DNA of 64,000 bases, from the NCBI GenBank assembly GCA_035502035.1, contig DATJUZ010000059.1, positions 6,650-70,649 of the forward strand. Direction: 5' to 3'. Below, piece by piece: positions 9,333 through 18,738 of this stretch. Under the pieces are notes generated by a model. The model did no database searches, was not told where the DNA came from, and saw only the letters and a list, made by a program, of their open reading frames with translations. A program made the translations under genes and the position numbers. Positions within the stretch are counted from its first letter, which is position 1. Every line of letters begins with the position of its first letter. Source of the stretch: Thermoplasmata archaeon. Its GTDB lineage: Archaea; Thermoplasmatota; Thermoplasmata; Lutacidiplasmatales; UBA184.

Positions 9333-10468
9333 CAGCTGCTCAGCCCCCGGACCGCGGCGGCGACCCGGTCGCCGGCCTCGCTCGTGCTCGACCGTCCGCC
9401 CTGGTCGTAGGTCTGCGCGCCCCCGGCGGCGAGCGTGGTGGCGACGGCGCGCTCGAGGCGGTCGGCCTGCTGCGCGAGCCGCCGGTCGTCGTGGCGCGAG
9501 CCGAGCCAGCGCAGCATCTGCTCGAGCGCCAGGAACGTCGCGTACGGATTGACCTGGTTCTTCCCGGCGTGCTTCGGGGCGCTGCCGTGGACCGGCTCGA
9601 ACATCGCGTGCTCGGCGCCGATGTTCGCGCCCGAGGCGAACCCCATCCCCCCCTGCAGGACGGCGGCGAGGTCGGTGATGATGTCGCCCATCATGTTCGG
9701 CGCGACGACGACGTTGTAGTGCTCCGGTCCGCGGATCAGCCACTGGGTGAACGCGTCGACGTAGGCGTAGTCGCGGGCGATCTCGGGGAACTCCGCGGCG
9801 CCGATCCGGTCGAACGTCTCGCGGAAGAACCGGCAGCCCTCGAGGACGTTCGACTTGTCGACGCACGTGACGCGGCGGACCCCGTCCTCGGGCGCGCCCC
9901 GGCCCCTTTGGCGGGCGAGCTCGAAGGCGAAGCGGACGATCCGCTCCGTGCCCTTCTGCGTGACGACCCGAGTGTCGATCGCGACCTCGGTGGCCCCGGC
10001 GCGCCGCAGCCGACCCCGCGCGGGGGTGTAGAGGTCCTCGGTGTTCTCGCGGACGATGACGAGGTCGACGTTCTTCGGCTCCCAGACCGCACGGAACCCT
10101 CCGCTGATCCGGTGGGTGACGCCCGGATAGAGACGGCACGGCCGGACGTTCGCGTAGAGGTCGAGCCCCTCGCGCAGCCCGAGGACGAGCGCCCGGCCGG
10201 CGAGGTCCCCGTTCGGGAGCGTCGCCCCCGGCCAGCCGACGGCCCCAACGAGGACCGCGTCCGCCTCCTTCGCCGCCTGCTCCGCCTCCGGCTCCCACTC
10301 CCGGCCCCGCGCAAGGTAGTACTGGCCGCCCCCCGGATACTCCCGGACGTGCCAGGGGGCCGGGCCGCCCTCGGCGAGCGCGCCGAGGACCTTGAGCCCC
10401 TCGCGGATCACCTCGGGTCCGGTCCCATCCCCGGCGAAGACCGCGATCGCGTAGCCGGCGTCCTTCAT
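9332..10468 (-). CDS. leuB: 3-isopropylmalate / isocitrate / tartrate dehydrogenase family (beta-decarboxylating dehydrogenase)
   Basis: 378 aa starting MKDAGYAIAVFAGDGTGPEV. Contains VRENTEDLY, NMMGDIITDLAA and FEPVHGSAPKHAGK motifs. ATGA overlap with leuD (10465-10468). Substrate (isopropylmalate versus homoisocitrate or tartrate) cannot be decided by eye. Confidence 0.8.
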   Translation of the reverse strand: MKDAGYAIAVFAGDGTGPEVIREGLKVLGALAEGGPAPWHVREYPGGGQYYLARGREWEPEAEQAAKEADAVLVGAVGWPGATLPNGDLAGRALVLGLREGLDLYANVRPCRLYPGVTHRISGGFRAVWEPKNVDLVIVRENTEDLYTPARGRLRRAGATEVAIDTRVVTQKGTERIVRFAFELARQRGRGAPEDGVRRVTCVDKSNVLEGCRFFRETFDRIGAAEFPEIARDYAYVDAFTQWLIRGPEHYNVVVAPNMMGDIITDLAAVLQGGMGFASGANIGAEHAMFEPVHGSAPKHAGKNQVNPYATFLALEQMLRWLGSRHDDRRLAQQADRLERAVATTLAAGGAQTYDQGGRSSTSEAGDRVAAAVRGLSS

Positions 10469-10995
10469 GCGCCCGGCCCCGGTGCCGCGGTGCCGCGCGC
10501 CGCGAGCTCCCGTCGCACCTTCTCCACGAGTCCTCCCGCCTCGAGGAGGTCGAGGAGGTGGTGGGGGAGCGGCGGGAACGGGACGGAGGCGCCGGTGCTG
10601 ACGTTCGTGACCCGGCCGCTCGTCAGGTCGACGCGGCCGGTGTCCCCCGGCGAGAAGATCGCCCGCACCCCGGGTGCCTCGATCGCCGGGATGCCGAGGT
10701 TGATCGCGTTGCGGAAGAAGATCCGGGCGAACGAGTCCGCGATGACGGCACCGACCCCGATCGCGCGCATCGCCTGGGGGGCGTGCTCGCGGCTCGAGCC
10801 GGAGCCGAAGTTCTCGCCGGCGACGATCAGGTCCCCCGCGCGGGCGCCCGCGGCGAACTCCGGCAGCGCGATCTCGAAGACGTGCTTCTTCAGCTCGTTC
10901 GGGTCGAGGATCGTGAGGTACTTGCCCGAGATGATCTGGTCGGTGTCGACGTCGCGGCCGAGCGTCCAGACCCGTCCCTCGATCACCGAGCGCAT
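10465..10995 (-). CDS. leuD: 3-isopropylmalate (or homoaconitate) dehydratase small subunit
   Basis: 176 aa. Contains DVDTDQIISGKYL and GENFGSGSSREHAPQA motifs typical of short archaeal LeuD/HacB. Confidence 0.85.
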   Translation of the reverse strand: MRSVIEGRVWTLGRDVDTDQIISGKYLTILDPNELKKHVFEIALPEFAAGARAGDLIVAGENFGSGSSREHAPQAMRAIGVGAVIADSFARIFFRNAINLGIPAIEAPGVRAIFSPGDTGRVDLTSGRVTNVSTGASVPFPPLPHHLLDLLEAGGLVEKVRRELAARGTAAPGPGA

Positions 10996-11004
10996 CGCCC
11001 CCTC

Positions 11005-12288
11005 CTACGCGAGCGCTCGCGGGTCGGCGACCTCGCCGGCGACGGCGCTCGCGACCACCGCCGCCGGGCTCATGAGGTAGATCCGGGCCTCCTTCGCCCC
11101 CATGCGGCCGGGGAAGTTCCGGTTCGAGGAGGAGGCGCACGCCTCCTCCGGCGCGAGGATGCCCAGGTTGCCGCCGAAGCACGCCGAGCAGCTCGAGTTC
11201 GTGAACACCGCGCCGGCTTCGGTGAAGACGTCGATCAGCCCCTCCTTCAGGCACTGCTCGTAGATCCGCGTCGAGGCGGGCGTCACGATGAAGCGGACCC
11301 CCTTCGCGACCTTGCGGCCCTTCATCAGCGCCGCGCCCTCGCGCAGGTCCTCGATGCGGGCGTTCGTGCACGAGCCGAGGAACGCTTGATCGATGCGGAC
11401 GTGCTCGCGCGCGACCTCCGAGAGGGGTCGGACGTTGTCCGGGGAGTACGGACAGGCGACCATCGGGGGCATCCCGTCGACGTCGACCTCGACCGTCCGC
11501 TCGTACCGAGCATCCGCGTCCGGCAGCAGCGGGCGCATCGGATGCTTGGCGATCGGCGCGAGGTACTCGCGCGTCGTCGCGTCCGGAGCGACCATCCCGG
11601 TCTTCGCCCCCATCTCCGTGGTCATGTTGCAGAGCGTGAACCGCTCCGGCATCGACAGTCGCTCGATCGTCGGGCCGGAGAACTCGACCGCCCGGTACTG
11701 CGCCCCGGTGGTACGGATCTCCCCGAGGATCCGGAGCACGAGGTCCTTCGCGGTGACCCCGGGGGAGAAGCGTCCCCGCACCTTCACGGAGATCGTGGTG
11801 GGGACCTTGAGCCAGAGCCGGCCGAGGGCGAGCACCGCGGCCATCTCGGTCGGGCCGATCCCCGTCGCGACCGCGCCCATCGCGCCGAGCATGTTCGTGT
11901 GGGAGTCGGTCCCGACGGCGAGGTCCCCCGGAACGACCCAGCCGTCCTCGGCGAGGATCTGGTGGCAGATCCCGTGGCGCCCGACGTCGTAGAAGTGGGG
12001 GAGCCCCACCTCGGCCGCGAACGTGCGCAGGATCCGATGCAGGACCGCGGCGCCCTCGGTGGAGGCCGGAACCCAGTGGTCGATCGCGATGACGACGCGG
12101 TCGGGGTCCCAGACGCTCGTCGCGCCCATCTGGTGGAACGGCCCGACGGTCTGGGCTCCCTGCTCGTGCATCATGGCGAGGTCGACCTGGCCCTCCACGA
12201 TCTGGCCAGGGACGGCCCGCTCGAGGCCGCCGGAGCGGGCGAGGATCTTCTCGGCGAGCGTCGCGCCCGAACCGCGGGAGGCGCTCAT
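11005..12288 (-). CDS. leuC: 3-isopropylmalate (or homoaconitate) dehydratase large subunit, aconitase family
   Basis: 427 aa. Contains VGTDSHT, FLGSCTNARIEDL and SSNRNFPGRMG motifs. ATGA overlap with the upstream synthase (12285-12288). Confidence 0.9.
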   Translation of the reverse strand: MSASRGSGATLAEKILARSGGLERAVPGQIVEGQVDLAMMHEQGAQTVGPFHQMGATSVWDPDRVVIAIDHWVPASTEGAAVLHRILRTFAAEVGLPHFYDVGRHGICHQILAEDGWVVPGDLAVGTDSHTNMLGAMGAVATGIGPTEMAAVLALGRLWLKVPTTISVKVRGRFSPGVTAKDLVLRILGEIRTTGAQYRAVEFSGPTIERLSMPERFTLCNMTTEMGAKTGMVAPDATTREYLAPIAKHPMRPLLPDADARYERTVEVDVDGMPPMVACPYSPDNVRPLSEVAREHVRIDQAFLGSCTNARIEDLREGAALMKGRKVAKGVRFIVTPASTRIYEQCLKEGLIDVFTEAGAVFTNSSCSACFGGNLGILAPEEACASSSNRNFPGRMGAKEARIYLMSPAAVVASAVAGEVADPRALA

Positions 12289-13532
12289 GCGCTCACCGGC
12301 CGGAGCCCGACCTCGTCGACCATGCGCCAGAACTCCTCGTCCGAGATCCCCGGCCGGTCGAAGCGGCCCCGGTACTCAGCGATGAAGGCAGTCGTCTCGT
12401 CCTTGGACTGCCGCTCCGCGCCGTCCTTGAGGCGGGCGAGCAGGGCGGCAAGACGCTCCTCGGGCGCCGCGATCCCCCGCTCTCGGAGCTTCTCCACGAC
12501 CGCGGCGCGCCCGGTATGCTTGCCGAGGATCAGCGCGCGCCGCCGCCCGAGCGTCTCCGGCTGGAGCGGCTCGTACGTCAGCGTGTGCGCGAGCACGCCG
12601 TGGGCGTGGATGCCGGCCTCGTGCGAGAAGGCGTTGTAGCCGACGAGCGCCTTGTTCGGGGCGACGGGAACGCCGCTCAGCTCCTCGACCAGGCGCGACA
12701 GCTCGTAGAGCCGCTCGACCCGGACGCCGGTCCGGTAGCCGTAGAGCGTCTCCAGAGCGAGGACGACCTCCTCGAGCGCGGCGTTGCCCGCGCGCTCACC
12801 CAGCCCGTTCACGCAGACGTGGGGGGCGCACGCGCCCGCCTCGAGCGCCGTGAGCGTGTTCGCCGTGGCGAGGCCGAAGTCGTTGTGGCAGTGGACCGAG
12901 AGGTCCTTCGGTTGGACGCGGCGACGGAACTCGTCCAGGTACCAGCGAAACGTGAGCGGGGTCATCACGCCGACCGTGTCGGCGACGACCAGGCGGTCGG
13001 CGCCGGCGTCCTGGACGTCGCGGTAGAGCCGCTCGACGAAGGCGAACGGGGCCCGCACGGTGTCCTCCGTCACGAAGGCGACGTGGAGGCCGGCCTCTTT
13101 CGCGCGGCGGACGGAGGCGAGGGAAGCGGCGAGGACCTCCTCCTCCGTCATCTTGAGCTTGTACTGCAGGTGGACCTGGCTTGCGGCGACGAAGATCGCG
13201 ATGTGGCTCACGCCGGTCGCGATCACCGCCTCGACATCGCGCGGGACGGTGCGCGCCGCCGCGAGGACCTTCGCGCGCAGGCCGGCCTCGGCGACGCGAC
13301 GCACCGCCTTCGCCTCCTCCGGCGAGACGACCGGGATCCCCGCGTTGATCACGCTCACGCCGACGTCCGAGAGCACCTCGGCGATGCGGAGTTTCTCTTC
13401 CGGGGAGAAACGGACCCCCGGCGCCTGCTCCCCGTCGCGCAGCGTCTCGTCCCAGAGGACGAGCTTCTCGGGGAGGTGACGCTGCGCGGCCGTCGCCGGG
13501 TGGTAATCCTCGACCAGCGGACGCGCCGCCAC
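12285..13532 (-). CDS. leuA: 2-isopropylmalate synthase / homocitrate synthase / citramalate synthase family (short form)
   Basis: 415 aa. HMGL-like motifs LWDETLRDGEQAPG, HCHNDFGLATANT and GLGERAGNAALEEV. Lacks a long LeuA regulatory domain, so specificity is ambiguous. Confidence 0.8.
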   Translation of the reverse strand: MAARPLVEDYHPATAAQRHLPEKLVLWDETLRDGEQAPGVRFSPEEKLRIAEVLSDVGVSVINAGIPVVSPEEAKAVRRVAEAGLRAKVLAAARTVPRDVEAVIATGVSHIAIFVAASQVHLQYKLKMTEEEVLAASLASVRRAKEAGLHVAFVTEDTVRAPFAFVERLYRDVQDAGADRLVVADTVGVMTPLTFRWYLDEFRRRVQPKDLSVHCHNDFGLATANTLTALEAGACAPHVCVNGLGERAGNAALEEVVLALETLYGYRTGVRVERLYELSRLVEELSGVPVAPNKALVGYNAFSHEAGIHAHGVLAHTLTYEPLQPETLGRRRALILGKHTGRAAVVEKLRERGIAAPEERLAALLARLKDGAERQSKDETTAFIAEYRGRFDRPGISDEEFWRMVDEVGLRPVSA

Positions 13533-13680
13533 GACCGTTCGAGGACCCGGGCGGACTAAAGCCCTTCGCGGAGCGCCCCGGCTCGGTGCGCTGCCGGGGG
13601 CCGGCTCCGACGCCCTCCGGCCGGCGCGGCCCCGCGCGGTCCTCGTCCGCGGTGGCCGGGCGCCCGGCCGAGGTCGGCCC

Positions 13681-13688
13681 TTAAATAC
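13681..13688 (+). promoter_or_regulatory. TATA-like box upstream of the oxidoreductase alpha subunit
   Basis: TTAAATAC AT-rich island in the 209-nt divergent intergenic region, about 55 nt upstream of the ATG at 13742. Confidence 0.35.
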
Positions 13689-13741
13689 GCACCGAACCTC
13701 GAACTACCGACGGGCGCTCTCGCGTTCGTCCGCCCCCACAA

Positions 13742-15535
13742 ATGACCACCCCTGCCGCACGCACCGGCCCCCTCCCGACGGAAGCGACGCCCCAGGCGCC
13801 GAGCCGTCCGCGAGAACTCGCCGACGTCGCCGTGATGATCGGTGGCCAGGGGGGCGACGGGACGCTGACGGTCAGCGACCTTCTCGGGCGGTACTTCCGC
13901 AAGCGCGGCCTCTACGTCTACACCTCCCGGAACGTGCTGTCCCGCATCCGGGGGGGCCACGCCGACGCCTCCGTCCGCGCATCGCGCGACCCGACCGCGG
14001 CCGTGAAGGCGCACGTCGATGTCCTGGTCGCGTTCGACCAGCAGGCGATCGACCTCGGCCGCGCCGAGCTCGCTCCCCACGCCTTCATCCTCTACGACTC
14101 CACGGCGTTCCGCAGCGACCTGCCGAACGCGGCCGGCTTCCCGTTCGCGACGCTCGTCGGCGGCCCCCTCGGCCAGCCGATCTTCAAGAACACGGCCGCC
14201 TACGGCGCCCTTTCCGTCGTCTTCGGGTTCGACGCGGTCCAGACCCGCGAAGTGATCGAGGAGCGGTTCCGTCGGCGCGGGGGGGAAGCGCTCGAGAAGA
14301 ACCTCAAGGCGCTCGAGATCGGCCGCAAGGCAGCGGTCGAGGCGGACGGGGTCGCCGGAAGGTTCAGCGTCGTCGACGGCGACGCCCACGATCTCATCCT
14401 GACGACCGGAAACCAGGCGGTCGCGCTCGGTTTCACCGTGGGCGGAGGCCGGTTCTTCGCCGGTTATCCGATCACGCCGGCGACCGAGGTCATGGAGTAC
14501 CTGCAGCGGTACCTTCCTCCGCTCGGCGGGGTCGTGCGCCAGGCGGAGGACGAGCTCGCGGCGATCAACATGGTGATCGGCGCCTCCTACGCCGGCGCCC
14601 GCGTGATGACGAGCACGAGCGGGCCCGGCCTGTCGCTCATGACCGAGGGGATCGGCCACGCCGGCGCCGCGGAGATCCCGGTGCTCGTCGCCGACTGCCA
14701 GCGGGTCGGCCCGTCGACCGGTGAGCCGACGCGGCACGAGCAGTCCGACCTGTCGCATCTCGCCAACCTCGGTCACGGGGAGTTCCCGCGGTTCATCGTC
14801 GCGCCGTCCGACCCGGTCGACGCCTTCGGCATGACCGTCCAGGCGCTCAACCTCGCCGAGCGCTGGCGGCTGCCGGTGATCCTCCTGCTCGACCAGGCGC
14901 TCTGCCAGAACACGACGACCTCGCCCCGGTTCGACCTCGCCCACGTCGCGATCGACCGCGGCGCCCGGCTCTCGCCGGAGAAGGCCGCGGCGCTCGCGGA
15001 GTACAAGGTCTACGGGCACGCCGAGGAGGGCATCAGCCCCTGGGCGATCCCCGGCACGCCGGGGATCTGGTCGGAGGTCACCGGCAACGAGCACGACGAG
15101 TGGGGCCACGTCTCGGTCGACCCGGTCAACCGTCGCAAGATGATGCGCAAGCGCATGGAGAAGATGCACCGGGCGCGCGACGAGCTCCCCGCCGGCCGGC
15201 TCTTCGGACCGGCGCGGGCCAAGGTCGGGCTGATCGGCTACGGCAGCACCTCCGGGCCGATCCTCGAGGCGCAACGGCTCCTGGAGGCACGGAGCATCCC
15301 CAGCCGGTACTACCAGGCCCGGACGCTCTACCCCGTGCCGGCGCACGAGCTCGACCCGTTCCTCGCGTCGGTCGACGTCGCCTACGTCGTCGAGCACAAC
15401 TACACCGGCCAGTTCGCCCGGCTCCTGCGCGAGACCGTTCCGTGGCATCACGCCAAGCTGCGCTCGATCACCAAGTACGACGGCTCGACGTTCCGGGCCC
15501 CCGAGCTGATCGCCGAGATCCCGGAGGCGGCCTAG
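13742..15535 (+). CDS. 2-oxoacid:ferredoxin oxidoreductase subunit alpha (fused gamma-alpha type)
   Basis: 597 aa. N-terminal gamma-like IGGQGGDGTLTV segment followed by an alpha domain (FFAGYPITPATEVMEY, SGPGLSLM). Two-subunit architecture like Sulfolobus-type OFOR. Confidence 0.85.
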   Translation: MTTPAARTGPLPTEATPQAPSRPRELADVAVMIGGQGGDGTLTVSDLLGRYFRKRGLYVYTSRNVLSRIRGGHADASVRASRDPTAAVKAHVDVLVAFDQQAIDLGRAELAPHAFILYDSTAFRSDLPNAAGFPFATLVGGPLGQPIFKNTAAYGALSVVFGFDAVQTREVIEERFRRRGGEALEKNLKALEIGRKAAVEADGVAGRFSVVDGDAHDLILTTGNQAVALGFTVGGGRFFAGYPITPATEVMEYLQRYLPPLGGVVRQAEDELAAINMVIGASYAGARVMTSTSGPGLSLMTEGIGHAGAAEIPVLVADCQRVGPSTGEPTRHEQSDLSHLANLGHGEFPRFIVAPSDPVDAFGMTVQALNLAERWRLPVILLLDQALCQNTTTSPRFDLAHVAIDRGARLSPEKAAALAEYKVYGHAEEGISPWAIPGTPGIWSEVTGNEHDEWGHVSVDPVNRRKMMRKRMEKMHRARDELPAGRLFGPARAKVGLIGYGSTSGPILEAQRLLEARSIPSRYYQARTLYPVPAHELDPFLASVDVAYVVEHNYTGQFARLLRETVPWHHAKLRSITKYDGSTFRAPELIAEIPEAA

Positions 15536-15536
15536 G

Positions 15537-16406
15537 ATGCCGGCGCGGTCCGCGAAGCCGGTCCAGCCGATCTGGTGCCCGGGCTGCGGGGACTTCGGCG
15601 TGCTCGCGGCGGTGAAGAAGGCGGCGGCGAACCTCAAGATCCCGACCCACGAGCTCGTGCTCGTCGGTGGGATCGGTTGCTCCGGCTCGATCCACAACTT
15701 CCTCGAGATCAACGGGATCCACGCGCTGCACGGCCGCCTCCTCGCCCAGGCGGTCGGGGTCAAGCTCGCCAATCCGTCCCTCACGGTCGTCGCCGCCGGC
15801 GGCGACGGCGACGGCTACGCCATCGGGATGGGCCACTTCCTGCACGCGTTCAAGAAGAACGCATCGATCCTCTATCTCGTCATGAACAACGAGACGTACG
15901 GCCTGACGAAGGGACAGGCCTCCCCGACGAGCCAGATCGGGTTCGAGGGGAACGTCGAGCCGCCGTTCCACGCGATGCTCACGGCGCTCTCGGTACCGGC
16001 GCCGAACTTCCTCGCGCGGACGTTCTCGGGGGACCCGAAGGGGATGACGGCGATCCTCGAGGAGGCGCTCACGTTCAACCGCGCCGGGCGGGGGTTCGCG
16101 TTCGTCGAGGACCTCTCTCCCTGCGTGACGTACAACGACACCTACAAGCTCTGGCGCGAGAAGGTCGTGGACGTCAGCACGCTCCCCGGCTACGACCCGA
16201 CCGACCGACGCGCGATGTTCGGGATCTGCCTCGACCAGATCGAGCAGGGCCGGCTGCCGGTCGGCGTCCTCCACCGCCCGAGCAACGCGGAGAAGGAAGG
16301 CCTCGAGGTCAAGCTGCTCGGGGACCGGCCGGGGCCGGTCCTCGGCGCGACCGACCTCGCCTCGAACCGGCCGTACTACGAAAAGCTCCTCGCGGCGCTC
16401 GCGTAG
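15537..16406 (+). CDS. 2-oxoacid:ferredoxin oxidoreductase subunit beta (TPP-binding)
   Basis: 289 aa. Contains WCPGCGDFG, GGDGDGYAIGMGH and MNNETYGLTKGQ motifs. Starts 2 nt after the alpha subunit stop. Confidence 0.9.
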   Translation: MPARSAKPVQPIWCPGCGDFGVLAAVKKAAANLKIPTHELVLVGGIGCSGSIHNFLEINGIHALHGRLLAQAVGVKLANPSLTVVAAGGDGDGYAIGMGHFLHAFKKNASILYLVMNNETYGLTKGQASPTSQIGFEGNVEPPFHAMLTALSVPAPNFLARTFSGDPKGMTAILEEALTFNRAGRGFAFVEDLSPCVTYNDTYKLWREKVVDVSTLPGYDPTDRRAMFGICLDQIEQGRLPVGVLHRPSNAEKEGLEVKLLGDRPGPVLGATDLASNRPYYEKLLAALA

Positions 16407-16442
16407 GCCTCCGCGTCGGGCCCCCTCCGGCCTCGGACGAAC

Positions 16443-17741
16443 GTGCTGCTCGGGATCGACGACACGGACAGCCCCGAGGGGGGCTGCACGACCTGGGTGC
16501 TCTCCGAGGTCGTCCGCCGGACGCGCGAGCTCGGCCTCGACCTGATCGGCGAGCCCCGGCTCGTACGGCTGAACCCGAACATCGCGTGGAAGACGCGCGG
16601 CAACGCGGCGCTCGCGCTGCGCGCCGGTCACGGGAGCGGCGTGCCTCGCGCCGTCGGCGAGATCGGCGGCGCCCCGGTCCTGGCGTTCGACCGCGGCCGA
16701 CCGCTCCGTCCCCGGGAGCAGGCCGATCTCGTGGAGGCCGCCTGGGAGGCGGTGCTCGAGGGGGCCCCTCGCGCGCCGGGGACGGACCCGGCGCTGGTCG
16801 CGGTCCCCCGGCCGCTCCCCGCGTCGCTCTACTGGTCGGCGGTGCGGGACGTCGTCACGGTTCCGGCGGTGCTCGCCCTGCTCCGTCGGGAGCGTGCGAC
16901 GTTCCGGACGCGGGGCGGCCGGCGCGGGCTGGTCGGCGCCGCGGCGGCGGTCGCCTGGCCGGGCCGTCGTCGCACGTGGGAGTTGTTGGCCTACCGGCGG
17001 CGCGACGTGTGGGGCACGCCCCGGTACGTGGACGCGGGAAGCGTCCGCGACGCCGAACGGGCCGAGCCGTCGCTCTTCCTCTGCCAGGACCCGCGCACTC
17101 GCCGCCTCCTCGTGGCGCCCCATACTCCCTGTCCGATCCTCTTCGGGCTCCGGGCACGCGAGGCGGGAGCAGCGCGACGGGCGCTCGGCCGGGTCCGGAG
17201 CGAGCCGATCGAACGGTGGGTGCTCTACCGCACCAACCAGGGGACCGGGGACCACCTTGCGCGGCATCCGATCTCTGCCCTTGCCGCGGGGCGCAGCGCG
17301 TTCGTCCTCGGAGCGGTCGCCGGGCCGGCGGTCGCGCTGCGGGGCGGCCACGCTCGCTTCCCGCTCCGGGACGCCGCCGGCGATCGGCTGAGCTGCCTCG
17401 CGTTCGAGCCCACGAAGACCCTGCCGGCGCTCGTCCGGCGGCTCGTCCCCGGTGATCGGCTCGAGGTCTGGGGCAGCCTGCGGCGGCGCCGCTCGTTCCA
17501 TCTCGAGGGAATCCGCCTCGTCTCCGCCGCCGACCGGCGACGCTGGCTCCCGCCGCGCTGCCCGGGGTGCGCGCGGACCGCCGGCTCGATGGGCCGGGGG
17601 CGCGGCTGGCGATGCCCGGGCTGTCGCCGACGCTTCCCGCCCGAGGCGGGCCGCCGCGACGGCGGGCCGCCCGCTCCCTCCCTGGGCGTCTACCACCCGA
17701 CGCGCTCCGCGCGCCGACATCTCGCCCCGCTCGGCGACTGA
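16443..17741 (+). CDS. tiaS: tRNA(Ile2) 2-agmatinylcytidine synthetase TiaS
   Basis: 432 aa. N-terminus LLGIDDTDSPEGGCTTW...PRLVRLNPNIAWKTRGNAA closely resembles TiaS/DUF1743. C-terminal CPGC...CPGC zinc ribbon. GTG start. Confidence 0.85.
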   Translation: MLLGIDDTDSPEGGCTTWVLSEVVRRTRELGLDLIGEPRLVRLNPNIAWKTRGNAALALRAGHGSGVPRAVGEIGGAPVLAFDRGRPLRPREQADLVEAAWEAVLEGAPRAPGTDPALVAVPRPLPASLYWSAVRDVVTVPAVLALLRRERATFRTRGGRRGLVGAAAAVAWPGRRRTWELLAYRRRDVWGTPRYVDAGSVRDAERAEPSLFLCQDPRTRRLLVAPHTPCPILFGLRAREAGAARRALGRVRSEPIERWVLYRTNQGTGDHLARHPISALAAGRSAFVLGAVAGPAVALRGGHARFPLRDAAGDRLSCLAFEPTKTLPALVRRLVPGDRLEVWGSLRRRRSFHLEGIRLVSAADRRRWLPPRCPGCARTAGSMGRGRGWRCPGCRRRFPPEAGRRDGGPPAPSLGVYHPTRSARRHLAPLGD

Positions 17742-17805
17742 CGCCGCCGGCGTTCGGCCAAGAGCTTTTACGGGATGCCCCGGTGACTTTCGGCGGAGGC
17801 GCTTC

Positions 17806-18729
17806 GTGGCCGGCTCCGCCGTCAAGACCGGCGCACTGTTCGCGGCCGTCGCCGCGCTCTTCGTCGCGATCGGGGGCCTCGTCGGCGAGTACCTGTTCGG
17901 CTCGTGGCTTTACGGACTCCTCATCGCCCTCGGCCTGTCGGTCGTGCTCAACGCCGTCGCGTATGCGGCGAGCGACCGCATCGTCCTCTGGTCGACGCGG
18001 GCGCGGATCGTCAGTGCCGCCGAGGCGCCCCGGCTCGCGCGGGCCGTGGAGGAGCTGGCCCCGCGCTTCGGCCTGGTCGCGCCCCGCCTCGCGATCGTCC
18101 CGAGCCCGACGCCGAACGCCTTCGCCACCGGACGCAACGAGCGTCACGCGGTCGTCGCGGCGACCGCGGGGATCCTCACGCTCCTGGACGACCGCGAGCT
18201 CCGGGGGGTCCTCGCCCACGAGCTCGCCCACGTCCGCGACCGCGACGTGCTCGTCATGACGGTCGCCGCGACGCTCGCGGGCGCGATCGCCTACGCCGCG
18301 CAGCTGCTGTTCTTCTCCTCGGTCTTCGGTGGGGGGCGGGGGCGCGGGGTCAACCCGATCGTCCTCGTCGTTGCCGCCGCCACGGCCCCGATCGCGGCGC
18401 TCCTGCTCCGCCTCGCGATCTCGAGGGGCCGGGAGCTGCGCGCGGACGAGGTCGGGGCGTCGACGATCGGCGACCCCGAGGCGCTCGCCTCCGCCCTCGA
18501 AAAGCTCGAGCAGGCGAACGCCCGCCGGCCGCTCGCGGTCGGCTCGCCGGCCCAGGCGAGCCTCTACATCGTCAACCCGCTCCGGGGGGGCGGGCTCGCG
18601 GGCCTGTTCTCGACCCATCCCCCGATCGCGGAGCGCATCCGGCGTCTTCGCGCGATGCGCCGGGACCCGAGGTATCGACCCGCGGTCCGGTCGGTCACCC
18701 TCGGGCCGTCGCGTCCGAGCCGGAGCTAG
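17806..18729 (+). CDS. htpX: HtpX-like M48 zinc metalloprotease
   Basis: In-frame GTG within track ORF 17452..18729 gives 307 aa with N-terminal TM helices, an HELAHVRDRD (HExxH) motif and a STHPPIAERI C-terminal motif. The upstream part of the track ORF is Arg/Ala-rich and overlaps tiaS. Confidence 0.8.
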   Translation: MAGSAVKTGALFAAVAALFVAIGGLVGEYLFGSWLYGLLIALGLSVVLNAVAYAASDRIVLWSTRARIVSAAEAPRLARAVEELAPRFGLVAPRLAIVPSPTPNAFATGRNERHAVVAATAGILTLLDDRELRGVLAHELAHVRDRDVLVMTVAATLAGAIAYAAQLLFFSSVFGGGRGRGVNPIVLVVAAATAPIAALLLRLAISRGRELRADEVGASTIGDPEALASALEKLEQANARRPLAVGSPAQASLYIVNPLRGGGLAGLFSTHPPIAERIRRLRAMRRDPRYRPAVRSVTLGPSRPSRS

Positions 18730-18738
18730 CCCGCGACG

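Noticed and set aside
7630-11371. Long N-terminal extensions of track ORFs (481, 715 and 679 aa) upstream of the DUF35, thiolase and dehydrogenase cores
   Set aside because: The extensions are Arg/Gly/Pro-rich and overlap the preceding gene out of frame. Recognisable protein sequence begins exactly at the ATG/GTG codons that overlap the upstream stop. The same logic applies to nadE, the RaSEA-like gene, dnaK, DUF99, DUF2203, nikR, NiCoT, hisS, htpX, kbl and many ribosomal protein genes.
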